In this document: positions 29,201 through 38,580 of the stretch, in pieces | Position numbering within the stretch: position 1 is the stretch's first letter | Layout of the letters: each line of letters begins with the position of its first letter | DNA from: Caldimicrobium thiodismutans | Lineage (GTDB): Bacteria; Desulfobacterota; Thermodesulfobacteria; Thermodesulfobacteriales; Thermodesulfobacteriaceae | Length of the DNA stretch: 47,783 nucleotides | Assembly (NCBI GenBank): GCA_002877875.1 | Contig: PNIE01000064.1 | Location: 1 to 47,783, forward strand | Direction of reading: 5' to 3' | Made by a program: the position numbers and the translations under genes | Notes under the pieces: model-generated | What the model saw: only the letters and a program-made list of their open reading frames with translations | What the model was told of the DNA's origin: nothing | Database searches by the model: none

Positions 29201-29292
29201 ACATAATAGCCTAACTCTGACAAATCAAGGGCTGCCTGAATACCCGCAATACCTCCACCCACAACTAATACCTGTCCTTTAGGATCCTTCAT
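26230..29292 (-). CDS. hdrA: Selenocysteine HdrA-family flavoprotein with two FAD modules (1020 aa, Sec59)
   Basis: ATG 29292 behind AAGGAGG; [10 protein letters not shown]...[19 protein letters not shown] (TGA 29118-29116); [18 protein letters not shown]; internal GVFVCHCG domain; second GGGVAG; C-terminal 2[4Fe-4S]. Confidence 0.93.
29078..29095 (-). promoter_or_regulatory. Putative SECIS of hdrA
   Basis: GGAGGCC-[GGGA]-GGUCUCC hairpin; loop starts 27 nt after UGA and begins with GG. Confidence 0.75.
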
Positions 29293-29310
29293 TATATTAT
29301 CTCCCTCCTT

Positions 29311-31353
29311 TTATTGAGCTCTTTTTTCCTCCTCGGGAGTAAGTTTCCCATGAGATCCAAAACAACCAAGACCATGAAAAACAGGCACATACTTTGGACC
29401 TTCAAGAGCCCTTCTCATAGCCATATCAAAGAGTATTCTTGGTTTGGGCTTATCAATTCCAAGGGCCTTTCTTCCCTGATTAATCCTATCTATCATAATA
29501 TTGGCAAACTCATTGGCTGTTCTTGCAACCCTCCAGGAACCACCAAAGTAATTTTCAATTTCGTAAAAGAGAAAATCAGTAACCTTCTTGCTTCCAAGGG
29601 TAGGAAAATCCGGCCCAAAAACTACTTGAACCCCAGAGGTGACAAAATACATTCCAATGGACACCGCCTTTTCACTCATCCATTGAGGGGCAGCACCCAC
29701 GGCAGGGATCTGATAGATATCTTCTCCAAGGCCTCCCGTATGCACTATCTCCGTAGCTGCAATTAAAATCCTTGAATTATCAACACAGGACCCCATATGA
29801 AGCACAGGTGGACAACCAACCGCCTCAAGAACCTCTCTCAAACCAGGCCCTGCAAGTTCTGCTGCCTCAGGGGAAAGAAGGCCTGCTATAGCCATATTGG
29901 TAGCTGAACAACCTGTTGCCAAAACAAGCACATTATTAGCTATAAGTTCTTTGGCAAGCTCAACTTGAATAGGTTCATTTACTCTATATTGATCACAACC
30001 TACAATAGCAGCAATTCCAAGAATCTTTCCATTAATAATGTTCTCATTCAAAGGCTTATAACTTGCTCTAAACCTGCCCCCAAGGATATACATAATGGCC
30101 TCATGGCTAAAACCAGCCACTATATCCACCGTGTGATTGGGAATATTTACCTTTGAAGGATCTCTCTGAGGAAATCTTGAGATGGCAGTCCTAAGAATTT
30201 CTTTAGCTAACTCAAGAGCTCTCTTTTCATCAAAGGGAATATGAATAGCTTCTTCCATCATAGCAATGGGACTTGTTGTTATAACAGCTGTATGAAATTG
30301 TTTAGCAATTTCCACCACATTTTGCATAATACACTGCACATCAACTACCACTGCTTCAAGTGCACCTGTGGCAATAGCAACCTCTTGCTGAATAAAAGAA
30401 CCTGCAATAGGAATGCCTTTTCTCATAAGAACTTCATTTCCTGTACAACAAATTCCTGAAAGATTAACTCCCTTAGCCCCTACCTTTTTAGCCTCAGAAA
30501 TAATTTCCGGATCATAACTTGCTTGAGCAAGGGCATCTGCAAGAAGAGGATCATGTCCATGCACTGCCACATTCACATAATCATGTTTTATTACTCCAAG
30601 ACCAATGTTAACCTTGGCTCTTATAGGCAGAGGATTTCCAAGGAGTAAATCCTGAAATTCTGTGGCAAGCATACTTCCTCCCCAGCCGTCAGCCAGAGAA
30701 CATCTAGCAGCCCCCATAAGAATATTTTTATAATCCTGATCGACTCCAATTGTGGTCCTATGAGTAAGTTCAACCACTTCCCTGTCAACTCCCCTGGGAA
30801 CAACTCCGTATTTTCTCCATTTTTCTAAGAGAGGCTTAGGTGCCCTGTGGGTAAGAATGATTTCTCCCTGTTGCTGTGAAAAAATTCTCAAAGCCTCTTC
30901 TGCCATATCTTTTAGTAACTTCTCCTCAGGTTGATTTGGATCAACCCCAAGGGCTTGGGCAACAACCCTTAACTTTCTCTTATCTCTTACCTCAAAAGGA
31001 ACCTCTCCGTGAACCGCTTCATAAAAAATTTTAGCCACATGTCTTCCATGATCAGAATGAGCAGAAGTGCCAGCTGCAACCATTCTGGCAAAGTTTCTAG
31101 CAACTACCGTTGCAGCTGAGGCTCCACAAACCCCTCGTAATTCCTCAACTCCCTCAACTACCTGACAAGGCCCCATATTACAAACTCTGCAACACGTTCC
31201 ACCCTTCCCAAAGGCACAAGGAAGTGTCCCTCTTCTCGCTACACGCTTAGGAGCAGTTAGAACTTCTTCTTTCAATCTGCTATATAGATCTTCCGCAGTC
31301 TTTGTCTGAATCCCGGGCTTCCCCTTACCAAATCTTGCTCTTTCATCTATCAT
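29311..31353 (-). CDS. cooS: Ni,Fe carbon monoxide dehydrogenase catalytic subunit (AcsA/CooS)
   Basis: CCRVCNMGPC, HSDHGRH, HGHDP, ICCTGNE, DVQC, MGSCVDNSR, WMSEKA. Confidence 0.97.
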   Translation of the reverse strand: MIDERARFGKGKPGIQTKTAEDLYSRLKEEVLTAPKRVARRGTLPCAFGKGGTCCRVCNMGPCQVVEGVEELRGVCGASAATVVARNFARMVAAGTSAHSDHGRHVAKIFYEAVHGEVPFEVRDKRKLRVVAQALGVDPNQPEEKLLKDMAEEALRIFSQQQGEIILTHRAPKPLLEKWRKYGVVPRGVDREVVELTHRTTIGVDQDYKNILMGAARCSLADGWGGSMLATEFQDLLLGNPLPIRAKVNIGLGVIKHDYVNVAVHGHDPLLADALAQASYDPEIISEAKKVGAKGVNLSGICCTGNEVLMRKGIPIAGSFIQQEVAIATGALEAVVVDVQCIMQNVVEIAKQFHTAVITTSPIAMMEEAIHIPFDEKRALELAKEILRTAISRFPQRDPSKVNIPNHTVDIVAGFSHEAIMYILGGRFRASYKPLNENIINGKILGIAAIVGCDQYRVNEPIQVELAKELIANNVLVLATGCSATNMAIAGLLSPEAAELAGPGLREVLEAVGCPPVLHMGSCVDNSRILIAATEIVHTGGLGEDIYQIPAVGAAPQWMSEKAVSIGMYFVTSGVQVVFGPDFPTLGSKKVTDFLFYEIENYFGGSWRVARTANEFANIMIDRINQGRKALGIDKPKPRILFDMAMRRALEGPKYVPVFHGLGCFGSHGKLTPEEEKRAQ

Positions 31354-31432
31354 CTTAACACCCCCTTTAAATTGCTAGTAACTTAAAATTAATCTAAGAA
31401 TGAAATTTTTTTATCAGTTGAGAAAATCTTCA

Positions 31433-32332
31433 CTATCCTACTTCACTAGGAAGCCCGGCCCACATTTTAGCGGATTCTAAGGTATTTTTCATAAGCATAG
31501 TAATAGTCATTGGGCCAACCCCCCCAGGAACAGGGGTTATGTAACTTGCCTTTTCTTTAACCGCTTCAAAATCGACATCTCCACAAAGCTTAGCCTTTCC
31601 CTCAGGGGTAGTACCAATACGATTAACTCCTACATCTATCACCACTGCTCCTTCCTTTACCATATCCGCTGTAATAAACTTAGGAACCCCTGCAGCTACA
31701 ATAAGAATATCGGCTCTCTTAGTGTGTTCAGCCATATTCTTGGTTCCTGTATGGCAAACGGTAACAGTAGCGTTACCAACGGGTTTTCTCTTTTGCATAA
31801 GCAAAATAGCTATAGGTTTCCCCACAATATTACTTCTTCCAACCACCACCACATCGGCCCCACTTACCTCAACCCCTGTCTCTACAAGAAGCATTAAAAT
31901 TCCATAAGGAGTGCAGGGGATAAAGCACGGCTCACCAATCACTAGCTTTCCCACATTAACTGGATGAAATCCATCTACATCCTTTCTCGGATCTATGGCG
32001 TTTATAACCTTTCTCTCATCTATATGCTTGGGAAGGGGAAGTTGTACGAGAATTCCATGAATCTTTGGGTCTCTATTGTACTTCTCAATAAGCTCAAGAA
32101 GTTTCTCCTCTGAGATATTTTCAGGTAAGTTTTCCTGCACGGAATAAAAACCAAGTTCATGAGCTGTCTTTTGTTTGGCTGTAACATAGGATACTGAGGC
32201 TGGATTCTCTCCTACAAGAATGGTCACAAGTCCAGGAATTATGCCCTTTTCTTTCAACTCCTCTACCTCTTTCTTTATGGACTCTCTTATCTTAGAAGCA
32301 ACTAGTTTTCCATCAATGATTTTGGCTGCCAT
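31433..32332 (-). CDS. folD: Methylene-THF dehydrogenase/methenyl-THF cyclohydrolase
   Basis: [38 protein letters not shown]. Confidence 0.97.
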   Translation of the reverse strand: MAAKIIDGKLVASKIRESIKKEVEELKEKGIIPGLVTILVGENPASVSYVTAKQKTAHELGFYSVQENLPENISEEKLLELIEKYNRDPKIHGILVQLPLPKHIDERKVINAIDPRKDVDGFHPVNVGKLVIGEPCFIPCTPYGILMLLVETGVEVSGADVVVVGRSNIVGKPIAILLMQKRKPVGNATVTVCHTGTKNMAEHTKRADILIVAAGVPKFITADMVKEGAVVIDVGVNRIGTTPEGKAKLCGDVDFEAVKEKASYITPVPGGVGPMTITMLMKNTLESAKMWAGLPSEVG

Positions 32333-32363
32333 AGATCTTCCTCCCTCTTAAAAATCAAATTTC

Positions 32364-34127
32364 TTAGAATAAACCTTTAACCTTACCTGTTTCAACATCC
32401 ACATCAATTCTTCTATAAGCAGGATCAGAAGCAGTTCCTGGCATAAGATTGATATCACCAGCCACAGGTACAATAAAACCTGAACCTCTAAAAATAAGCA
32501 CATCTCTAACTCTTAAAGTCCATCCCTTAGGCACACCCTTCTTGTTAGGATCATCTGAAAGGGATAAATGAGTCTTTACCATACAAATGGGCATTCTTCT
32601 AAGCTCTTCGTTGGCCTCAAGCATTCTTATCTTTTCCTCAGCTGGTGGAAGATAGACTACTCCATCGGCTCCATAAACCTCTTTGGCTATCTTTTCAATT
32701 CTTGTCTTTATAGGTTCATCAAGCTCATAAAGGAATCTAAATTGAGGGGTCTCTTTGCAGGCATCCATTACAGCATCAGCCAGTTCAAGAGCCCCTTCAC
32801 CTCCTTTAAGCCAGTGATCAGAATAAGCTACTCTAACTCCTGCCTCCTCACAAATCCTTCTAACAAGCTTAACCTCATTTTCGGTATCAGCATAAAATTT
32901 ATTTATACAGACTACAGGTATAGCTCCACTTTTTTTGACGATATTAACGCAATGCAGGAGATTTTCACAACCCTTTTCCACCCATTCAAGATTTTCCTCA
33001 AAATATTCTTTGGGAATGGGCTGTCCTGGTCTTGGAATAGGAGCACCACCATGGCATTTTAAAGCCCTAATAGTTGCCACTACTACTGATACATTCGGAA
33101 CAAGGCCAGAAAGTCTGCACTTAATATTCCAGAACTTTTCAAAACCAATATCTGCTGCAAAACCTGACTCGGTAACCACATAATCTCCAAGTTTAAGAGC
33201 TACATAATCTGCAATAATAGAGTTTTGCCCGATAGCAATGTTAGCAAAGGGCCCAGCATGAACAAGCACAGGTTGCCCCTCAATGGTCTGCATCAAATTG
33301 GGATTTATGGCATCAACCAGCCAAGCTGTCATAGCTCCTGCCACTTCAAGATCTTCAGTAGTTATCGGATTCCCAAATTTATCAAAGGCAACCACGATTT
33401 TACCAATACGCTCTCTTAAATCCTTTAAATCCCTTGCTACCGCAAGAATAGCCATAACCTCTGAGGCAACAGCTATCCAAAACTTTGATTCCATAGGATA
33501 ACCATCATTTTTACCACCAAGCCCAATCACAATATGCCTTAGGGCCTGGGCACAAAAATCTATTACCCAGCCCATCTCTACCCTTTTAGGATCTATGTTC
33601 AATCTCCTCAAACCTTTCTTAGCAAGGGTTTCATCATCATAATTGGCCTCATGCTGCATACGAGCTGTTAAAGCAACCATTGCCAGATTATGAGCATTCA
33701 TAACTGCATTGATGTCTCCTGTTAGACCAAGGGAAAACTTATCCAGAGGAATAACTTGAGAAAGCCCTCCGCCTGCAGCTGACCCTTTTATATTAAAAGT
33801 AGGACCACCTGAAGGCTGCCTAATACAACCTATAACATTCTGCCCCCTTTTACCAAGCCCCTGAACAAGCCCAATGAGGGTTGTAGTTTTCCCCTCTCCA
33901 AGAGGGGTGGGAGTAATAGCGGTTACGTTGATGTATTTGCCATTAGGCCTATCTTTGAGCCTTTCAAGAACTCTCTTGTAGTCAATCTTAGCTACATAAT
34001 GACCATAGGGAAGAAGCTCCTCCTTAGTTAATCCCATCTCTTCACCAAGTTGATAAACCGTTTTCATATGCTTTTCTGCTTCATAAGCTATTTCCCAATC
34101 TTTCATCTTAGTTGGATCAAGCTGCAT
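32364..34127 (-). CDS. fhs: Formate--tetrahydrofolate ligase
   Basis: [42 protein letters not shown]. Confidence 0.97.
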   Translation of the reverse strand: MQLDPTKMKDWEIAYEAEKHMKTVYQLGEEMGLTKEELLPYGHYVAKIDYKRVLERLKDRPNGKYINVTAITPTPLGEGKTTTLIGLVQGLGKRGQNVIGCIRQPSGGPTFNIKGSAAGGGLSQVIPLDKFSLGLTGDINAVMNAHNLAMVALTARMQHEANYDDETLAKKGLRRLNIDPKRVEMGWVIDFCAQALRHIVIGLGGKNDGYPMESKFWIAVASEVMAILAVARDLKDLRERIGKIVVAFDKFGNPITTEDLEVAGAMTAWLVDAINPNLMQTIEGQPVLVHAGPFANIAIGQNSIIADYVALKLGDYVVTESGFAADIGFEKFWNIKCRLSGLVPNVSVVVATIRALKCHGGAPIPRPGQPIPKEYFEENLEWVEKGCENLLHCVNIVKKSGAIPVVCINKFYADTENEVKLVRRICEEAGVRVAYSDHWLKGGEGALELADAVMDACKETPQFRFLYELDEPIKTRIEKIAKEVYGADGVVYLPPAEEKIRMLEANEELRRMPICMVKTHLSLSDDPNKKGVPKGWTLRVRDVLIFRGSGFIVPVAGDINLMPGTASDPAYRRIDVDVETGKVKGLF

Positions 34128-34310
34128 AATCTCCCCTCCTTTCTTTTATTGAAGTCTTTTTTTTATTATCAAAATTTATGCCATTTTTTTCCATGAAAAT
34201 AAAAATTTCAGAACTCGAAAATAGCAAAAATATTAAAAATATTACACTATATCTCCTGAAGAAAAACTCCCCAGGCACTTAGGCTTTTTTCTATAGGTTC
34301 TTATAGGTTT

Positions 34311-34338
34311 ATGTTACAAAAGTTATTTTTTTCGTCAA
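34311..34338 (-). promoter_or_regulatory. Putative sigma70 promoter of the Wood-Ljungdahl cluster
   Basis: Minus strand TTGACG (34338-34333), 16-nt spacer, TAACAT (34316-34311). Confidence 0.5.
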
Positions 34339-34387
34339 GGAGACCCCTTCAATTTCATAGAATCACTTTTATAATTTTAAGTGTCTG

Positions 34388-36478
34388 ATGAAAGATACCT
34401 TTAAAAGAGTAATTCTTTATTTAGTTCTTTTTTCTTTTGGTATTTTTCTCACTCTTTCCATCTATTCCTTTGATCCTCAAGATCCTGGCTTTGGTGTCAC
34501 AGGAGCTAAAGAGATAAGAAACTATGGTGGAATCTTGGGAGCCTATTTTTCCTCCTTTATCTATTTAGTCTTCGGTTTTTCCTCTCTTTTGATACCTCCC
34601 CTCTTATTTTTGAGCTTTATTTTATATATTCAGAAAATTTCATTAAAAAAGGTGTTATTTTTATTTATTGCTATCCTTTTTGCCTTTTCCTTAACCTTTT
34701 CTCTTCTTTTTGATCTACTTCAGGTAAAAAATCAAAACCTCTGGGGAAAATTTCCTCTTCAGGGAGGAATTCTTGGTGAATTTTCCATTGTTCTTCTCTC
34801 TTATATTGGAATTCCGGGAATTTTTCTCCTCATACTACTTCTCTTGAGCCTATCTGTTTTTATGGTTTTTGAGGGATTTCCCTTTTTTAGAGAAAAGATG
34901 AAAAAGCTCCTTTTATTCTCTAATAGAAAAGGAGGCAATAGAGAGGGGGAGGTTTCCCTTTCTCCAAAAAATGAGACAGTCCCGACAGTTAAAGACGAAA
35001 CTTCTCCCATATCTTTACAAACCAATTTACCGGAGAGCAAGCTTTTACCAGAACCTCCGAAATCTTCCCGAAAGCCCTCTCTGCAACTTCCTCCACCTCT
35101 TGAATTATTAAATGATCCTCCACCAAGTTCTTACAAAATAAAACCTGAAGAACTAAAAGAGCGGGCCTTACTTCTTAAGGCGAAACTTAGAGAATTTGGC
35201 ATTGAGGGAGAAGTCACAGGGATTAATCCTGGTCCAGTTATTACGGTTTTTGAATTTAAACCAGCTCCTGGCATCAAACTTAGCAAAATCCTTAGTCTCG
35301 TTGATGACCTTGCTCTTGGGCTTTCTGCTAAAAGTGTAAGAATAGTTGCCCCTATTCCAGGTAAGAGTGTTATAGGAATTGAAATTTCTAATCCCCAAAG
35401 GGAGTGGGTTTACCTAAAGGAAATTATTTCCCAAGAAGTCTTTAGAGCCTCAGAGTCCCCTTTAACTTTTGCCCTTGGAAAGGATCTATCTGGTAAACCT
35501 GTGGTAGCAGATCTAAGAAAGATGCCTCATTTACTTATCGCAGGAAGCACTGGCTCAGGTAAGAGCATTTTTATTCACAGTATAATTTTAAGTATTATCT
35601 ATAAATCTACTCCTAGGGAAGTTCGTTTTCTTATGATTGATCCCAAGAGAATTGAACTTTCTGTGTACGATGGAATTCCCTATCTTCTTCATCCAGTTGT
35701 GCTTGAGCCTAAAATGGCAACTCGGGCCTTAAGATGGGCCGTTTCTGAAATGGAGAGGCGCTATAGCCTTTTTGAAGAGTTTTCGGTGAGAAATCTCGAG
35801 TCCTATAATGAAGAGTTTGAAGAAAAACTTCCCTATATTGTCATTATAATTGATGAGCTTGCTGATTTAATGGTAGTCTCTTCAAAAGAAGTTGAGACCC
35901 TTCTTACAAGGCTTGCCCAGATGGCAAGAGCAGCAGGGATTCATCTTATTGTAGCTACTCAGAGGCCCTCTGTAGATGTTATCACAGGCCTAATTAAAGT
36001 GAATTTTCCTGCGAGAATCTCCTTTCAGGTAACCTCAAAGGTTGATTCTCGAACCATACTTGACACTCAAGGGGCAGAAAGGCTACTTGGTGCAGGGGAT
36101 ATGCTTTTTATGCCTCCAGGGAGTTCTTATCTTCAAAGGATTCATGCCCCCTTTGTCTCCGAAAAAGAGGTCAAACGGGTAGTAGAATATCTTAAGGCCT
36201 TAGGAGAGCCACAATACTTGGCTGATTTTGATTTGATTGCAGAGGAGGAGACCAAAGAAGATCTCCCAGAAAGGGACTATGAGGATGAACTATATCAAGA
36301 GGCTCTAAAAATTGCTTATCAGTATGGAAAAATTTCTGTTTCTATGTTACAAAGAAAGTTAAGAATAGGTTATAATAGAGCAGCAAGACTTGTTGAAAAA
36401 ATGGAAGAGGAGGGGATCCTTGGTCCAAGTGATGGTGTTCGTCCTCGCCCTGTTATTGGGCCTCGTAAACCCATTTAA
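34388..36478 (+). CDS. ftsK: DNA translocase FtsK
   Basis: N-terminal TM region; PHLLIAGSTGSGKS; IIDELADLM; ATQRPS; gamma domain LQRKLRIGYNRAAR. Confidence 0.97.
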   Translation: MKDTFKRVILYLVLFSFGIFLTLSIYSFDPQDPGFGVTGAKEIRNYGGILGAYFSSFIYLVFGFSSLLIPPLLFLSFILYIQKISLKKVLFLFIAILFAFSLTFSLLFDLLQVKNQNLWGKFPLQGGILGEFSIVLLSYIGIPGIFLLILLLLSLSVFMVFEGFPFFREKMKKLLLFSNRKGGNREGEVSLSPKNETVPTVKDETSPISLQTNLPESKLLPEPPKSSRKPSLQLPPPLELLNDPPPSSYKIKPEELKERALLLKAKLREFGIEGEVTGINPGPVITVFEFKPAPGIKLSKILSLVDDLALGLSAKSVRIVAPIPGKSVIGIEISNPQREWVYLKEIISQEVFRASESPLTFALGKDLSGKPVVADLRKMPHLLIAGSTGSGKSIFIHSIILSIIYKSTPREVRFLMIDPKRIELSVYDGIPYLLHPVVLEPKMATRALRWAVSEMERRYSLFEEFSVRNLESYNEEFEEKLPYIVIIIDELADLMVVSSKEVETLLTRLAQMARAAGIHLIVATQRPSVDVITGLIKVNFPARISFQVTSKVDSRTILDTQGAERLLGAGDMLFMPPGSSYLQRIHAPFVSEKEVKRVVEYLKALGEPQYLADFDLIAEEETKEDLPERDYEDELYQEALKIAYQYGKISVSMLQRKLRIGYNRAARLVEKMEEEGILGPSDGVRPRPVIGPRKPI

Positions 36479-37061
36479 AGAGCTTAAAGCCCAGAGCATT
36501 CAAGAGATCCTAGATCGCATCCAGAACTTTTACGAAAATACTAAAACTCTTAGGGCTACTTTTCTTCAGGAAGACGAATTCCCAAGTGGAAAAAGAATAC
36601 TACGCAAAGGTAAAGTCTGGATGAAAAAACCTGGCCTTTTTCGTTGGGAATATTATGAACCTGAAAAATTTATCATCATCTCAGACGGAAGAAATATTTA
36701 TGTCTATTATCCCGAAGAAAATCAAGCCTTTGTCTATCCAAGTGGTAAAGCAGTAAGTTCTCAGCTTGCCTTAGGTTTTATGAGTGGAAGAGGAGATATA
36801 AGAAAGGATCTAAAACTTGAAAGTTTTAAGGTCTTAGAAAATAACCTCTGGCAACTCAATTTTTTGACCTCCTCTGGAGATTCTCAAATTGAGAAAATCA
36901 CTCTTCAAGTTAATCTTTCAACAGGTGAGGTAAAAGAAATTACTTTATATTATCTCTCTGGTGAAAAGGTCAAAATTGTCTTTAACCATTTGGAATATAA
37001 TTCAGAATTTTCTCCCAAAATCTTTCAATTTAATCCTCCACGGAGGGTTAAGATAAATTAA
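36420..37061 (+). CDS. lolA: Outer-membrane lipoprotein chaperone LolA (start uncertain: 36390, 36420 or 36432)
   Basis: A.F.Q, KKPGLFRWEY..P, IISDG, F.F.PP; hydrophobic signal peptide; typical ftsK-lolA synteny; TTG 36420 has GGAGG 6 nt upstream. Confidence 0.88.
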   Translation: MVQVMVFVLALLLGLVNPFKELKAQSIQEILDRIQNFYENTKTLRATFLQEDEFPSGKRILRKGKVWMKKPGLFRWEYYEPEKFIIISDGRNIYVYYPEENQAFVYPSGKAVSSQLALGFMSGRGDIRKDLKLESFKVLENNLWQLNFLTSSGDSQIEKITLQVNLSTGEVKEITLYYLSGEKVKIVFNHLEYNSEFSPKIFQFNPPRRVKIN

Positions 37062-37066
37062 TTTTT

Positions 37067-38017
37067 ATGCTTTACTCAACTTTTGCTTATAAACCTTTGA
37101 TTGTTCTAAGCAGATGTCTTAACAGAGAGCCTGTCAGATTTAATAGTGAAGTTATTCATGACGAATTTGTAGTCAAACTTCAAAAATATGTGGATTTTAT
37201 TACCGTTTGTCCTGAAGTAGATATAGGAATGCCTGTACCAAGGCCTCCTGTTTTTTTAGCTAAAATAGAGAACACTGTAAGGATGATTGAACCAATTTCT
37301 CAGAAGGACTATACTGAGAAAATGCTAAATTTTTCCCTAAATTTTCTGGAAAAATTAGGAGAAGTTGATGGTTTTCTGCTAAAGGCAAGATCTCCCAGTT
37401 GTGGAGTTGGGGATACAAAGCTTTACAAAGAAGATTTGAAGCATCTTATAGGCAAAACCTCTGGGCTTTTTGCCTTAACAGTTAAAGAAAAATATCCCTA
37501 CCTTCCTGTTGAAGATGAAGGTAGGCTCCACGATTTTTGGATTAGACAAGATTTCTTAACTAAAGTTTTTACCTATGGAGAATTTAGACACCTTAAAAAA
37601 CAAATAACTCACATACGGGAACTCATAAATTTTCATCAAAGGCACAAGTATCTCCTTCTACTCTACTCACCTGCAAATCTAAAAAAGATGGGTTCAATCA
37701 TTGCTAACTGGGATAAATTTGGTTTAGAAAAAACCCTAGCCGTGTATGAAAATCTCTTAAAGGCTACTTTAACAAAAAAACAAAGTGTTAGAGCCCATCT
37801 GAATGTATTACTTCACCTTTATGGACATTTTTCTGACCTTTTAAAACCCGGAGAAAAAAGACAATTTCATCACTGGTTAAATAAATTAAAAAAAGATAAA
37901 GTTTATCTCCTTGTGATTCTTGAATTCATGAAGAGTTTAATTTATAGATTTGAAAACGAATATCTTTCCTCTCAAAAATATTTACAGCCCTATCCCGAGG
38001 AACTTATGAGAATTTAG
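37067..38017 (+). CDS. DUF523 (2-thiouracil desulfurase-like) + DUF1722 (YbgA) protein
   Basis: SRCL...VRF, VCPEV.IGM.VPR, K.RSPSCG, EDEGRL, FH..HKY.L. Confidence 0.88.
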   Translation: MLYSTFAYKPLIVLSRCLNREPVRFNSEVIHDEFVVKLQKYVDFITVCPEVDIGMPVPRPPVFLAKIENTVRMIEPISQKDYTEKMLNFSLNFLEKLGEVDGFLLKARSPSCGVGDTKLYKEDLKHLIGKTSGLFALTVKEKYPYLPVEDEGRLHDFWIRQDFLTKVFTYGEFRHLKKQITHIRELINFHQRHKYLLLLYSPANLKKMGSIIANWDKFGLEKTLAVYENLLKATLTKKQSVRAHLNVLLHLYGHFSDLLKPGEKRQFHHWLNKLKKDKVYLLVILEFMKSLIYRFENEYLSSQKYLQPYPEELMRI

Positions 38018-38127
38018 AAACCAAAATTAAGAGTTCTTATGGAAAAGGTCTAGGACTTGAAAGTTTTTATTTTTGGTGTTCTTTTATATAAAAGAGTTTT
38101 AAGATTGACAGGAAGGAGGTAGGGGGT

Positions 38128-38547
38128 ATGACCAAAAGAATTTATCAATTTTTAAGTATTTTTTTAGTCTTTTCATTTCTTATAGTTTCACTCAATGGTT
38201 GTGTATCAGAACTTGATACTAAGACAAAGGAAGGGGCAACTATTGGAGCTGTAGCGGGTGGTGTTTTAGGTGCTCTGATTGACAAAAACAATCGTTGGCG
38301 TGGAGCAGTTATTGGTGCAGCTTTAGGTGCAGTAGTTGGTGGAACAGCAGCTCATATTATGGATAGAGCCAGTAATGAGGCTGCCAAAACGAAAAAACCT
38401 GTAACCTATGTAAGCGAAGATGGAGTTCAAAAGGTTTATGCCGCACCTATTAAATCAGAGGGAAAATGCGAATGGGTAACAGTGCAATACTACGAACATG
38501 GAAAACTTGTTAAGGAGGAAAAAAGAAAAGTCTGCCCCCAAAGTTAA
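38128..38547 (+). CDS. Glycine-zipper lipoprotein
   Basis: Lipobox LNG-C; GATIGAVAGGVLGA...GAVIGAALGAVVGG. Confidence 0.85.
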   Translation: MTKRIYQFLSIFLVFSFLIVSLNGCVSELDTKTKEGATIGAVAGGVLGALIDKNNRWRGAVIGAALGAVVGGTAAHIMDRASNEAAKTKKPVTYVSEDGVQKVYAAPIKSEGKCEWVTVQYYEHGKLVKEEKRKVCPQS

Positions 38548-38580
38548 GCAACCATTAAATGAAACTACTACCTAAGACTA

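Noticed and set aside
34255-34285. ZTP (pfl) or THF riboswitch upstream of fhs, suggested by GCCUGGG
   Set aside because: The upstream GACUGGCG-type pseudoknot partner and other conserved stems are not visible; an Rfam cmscan would settle it
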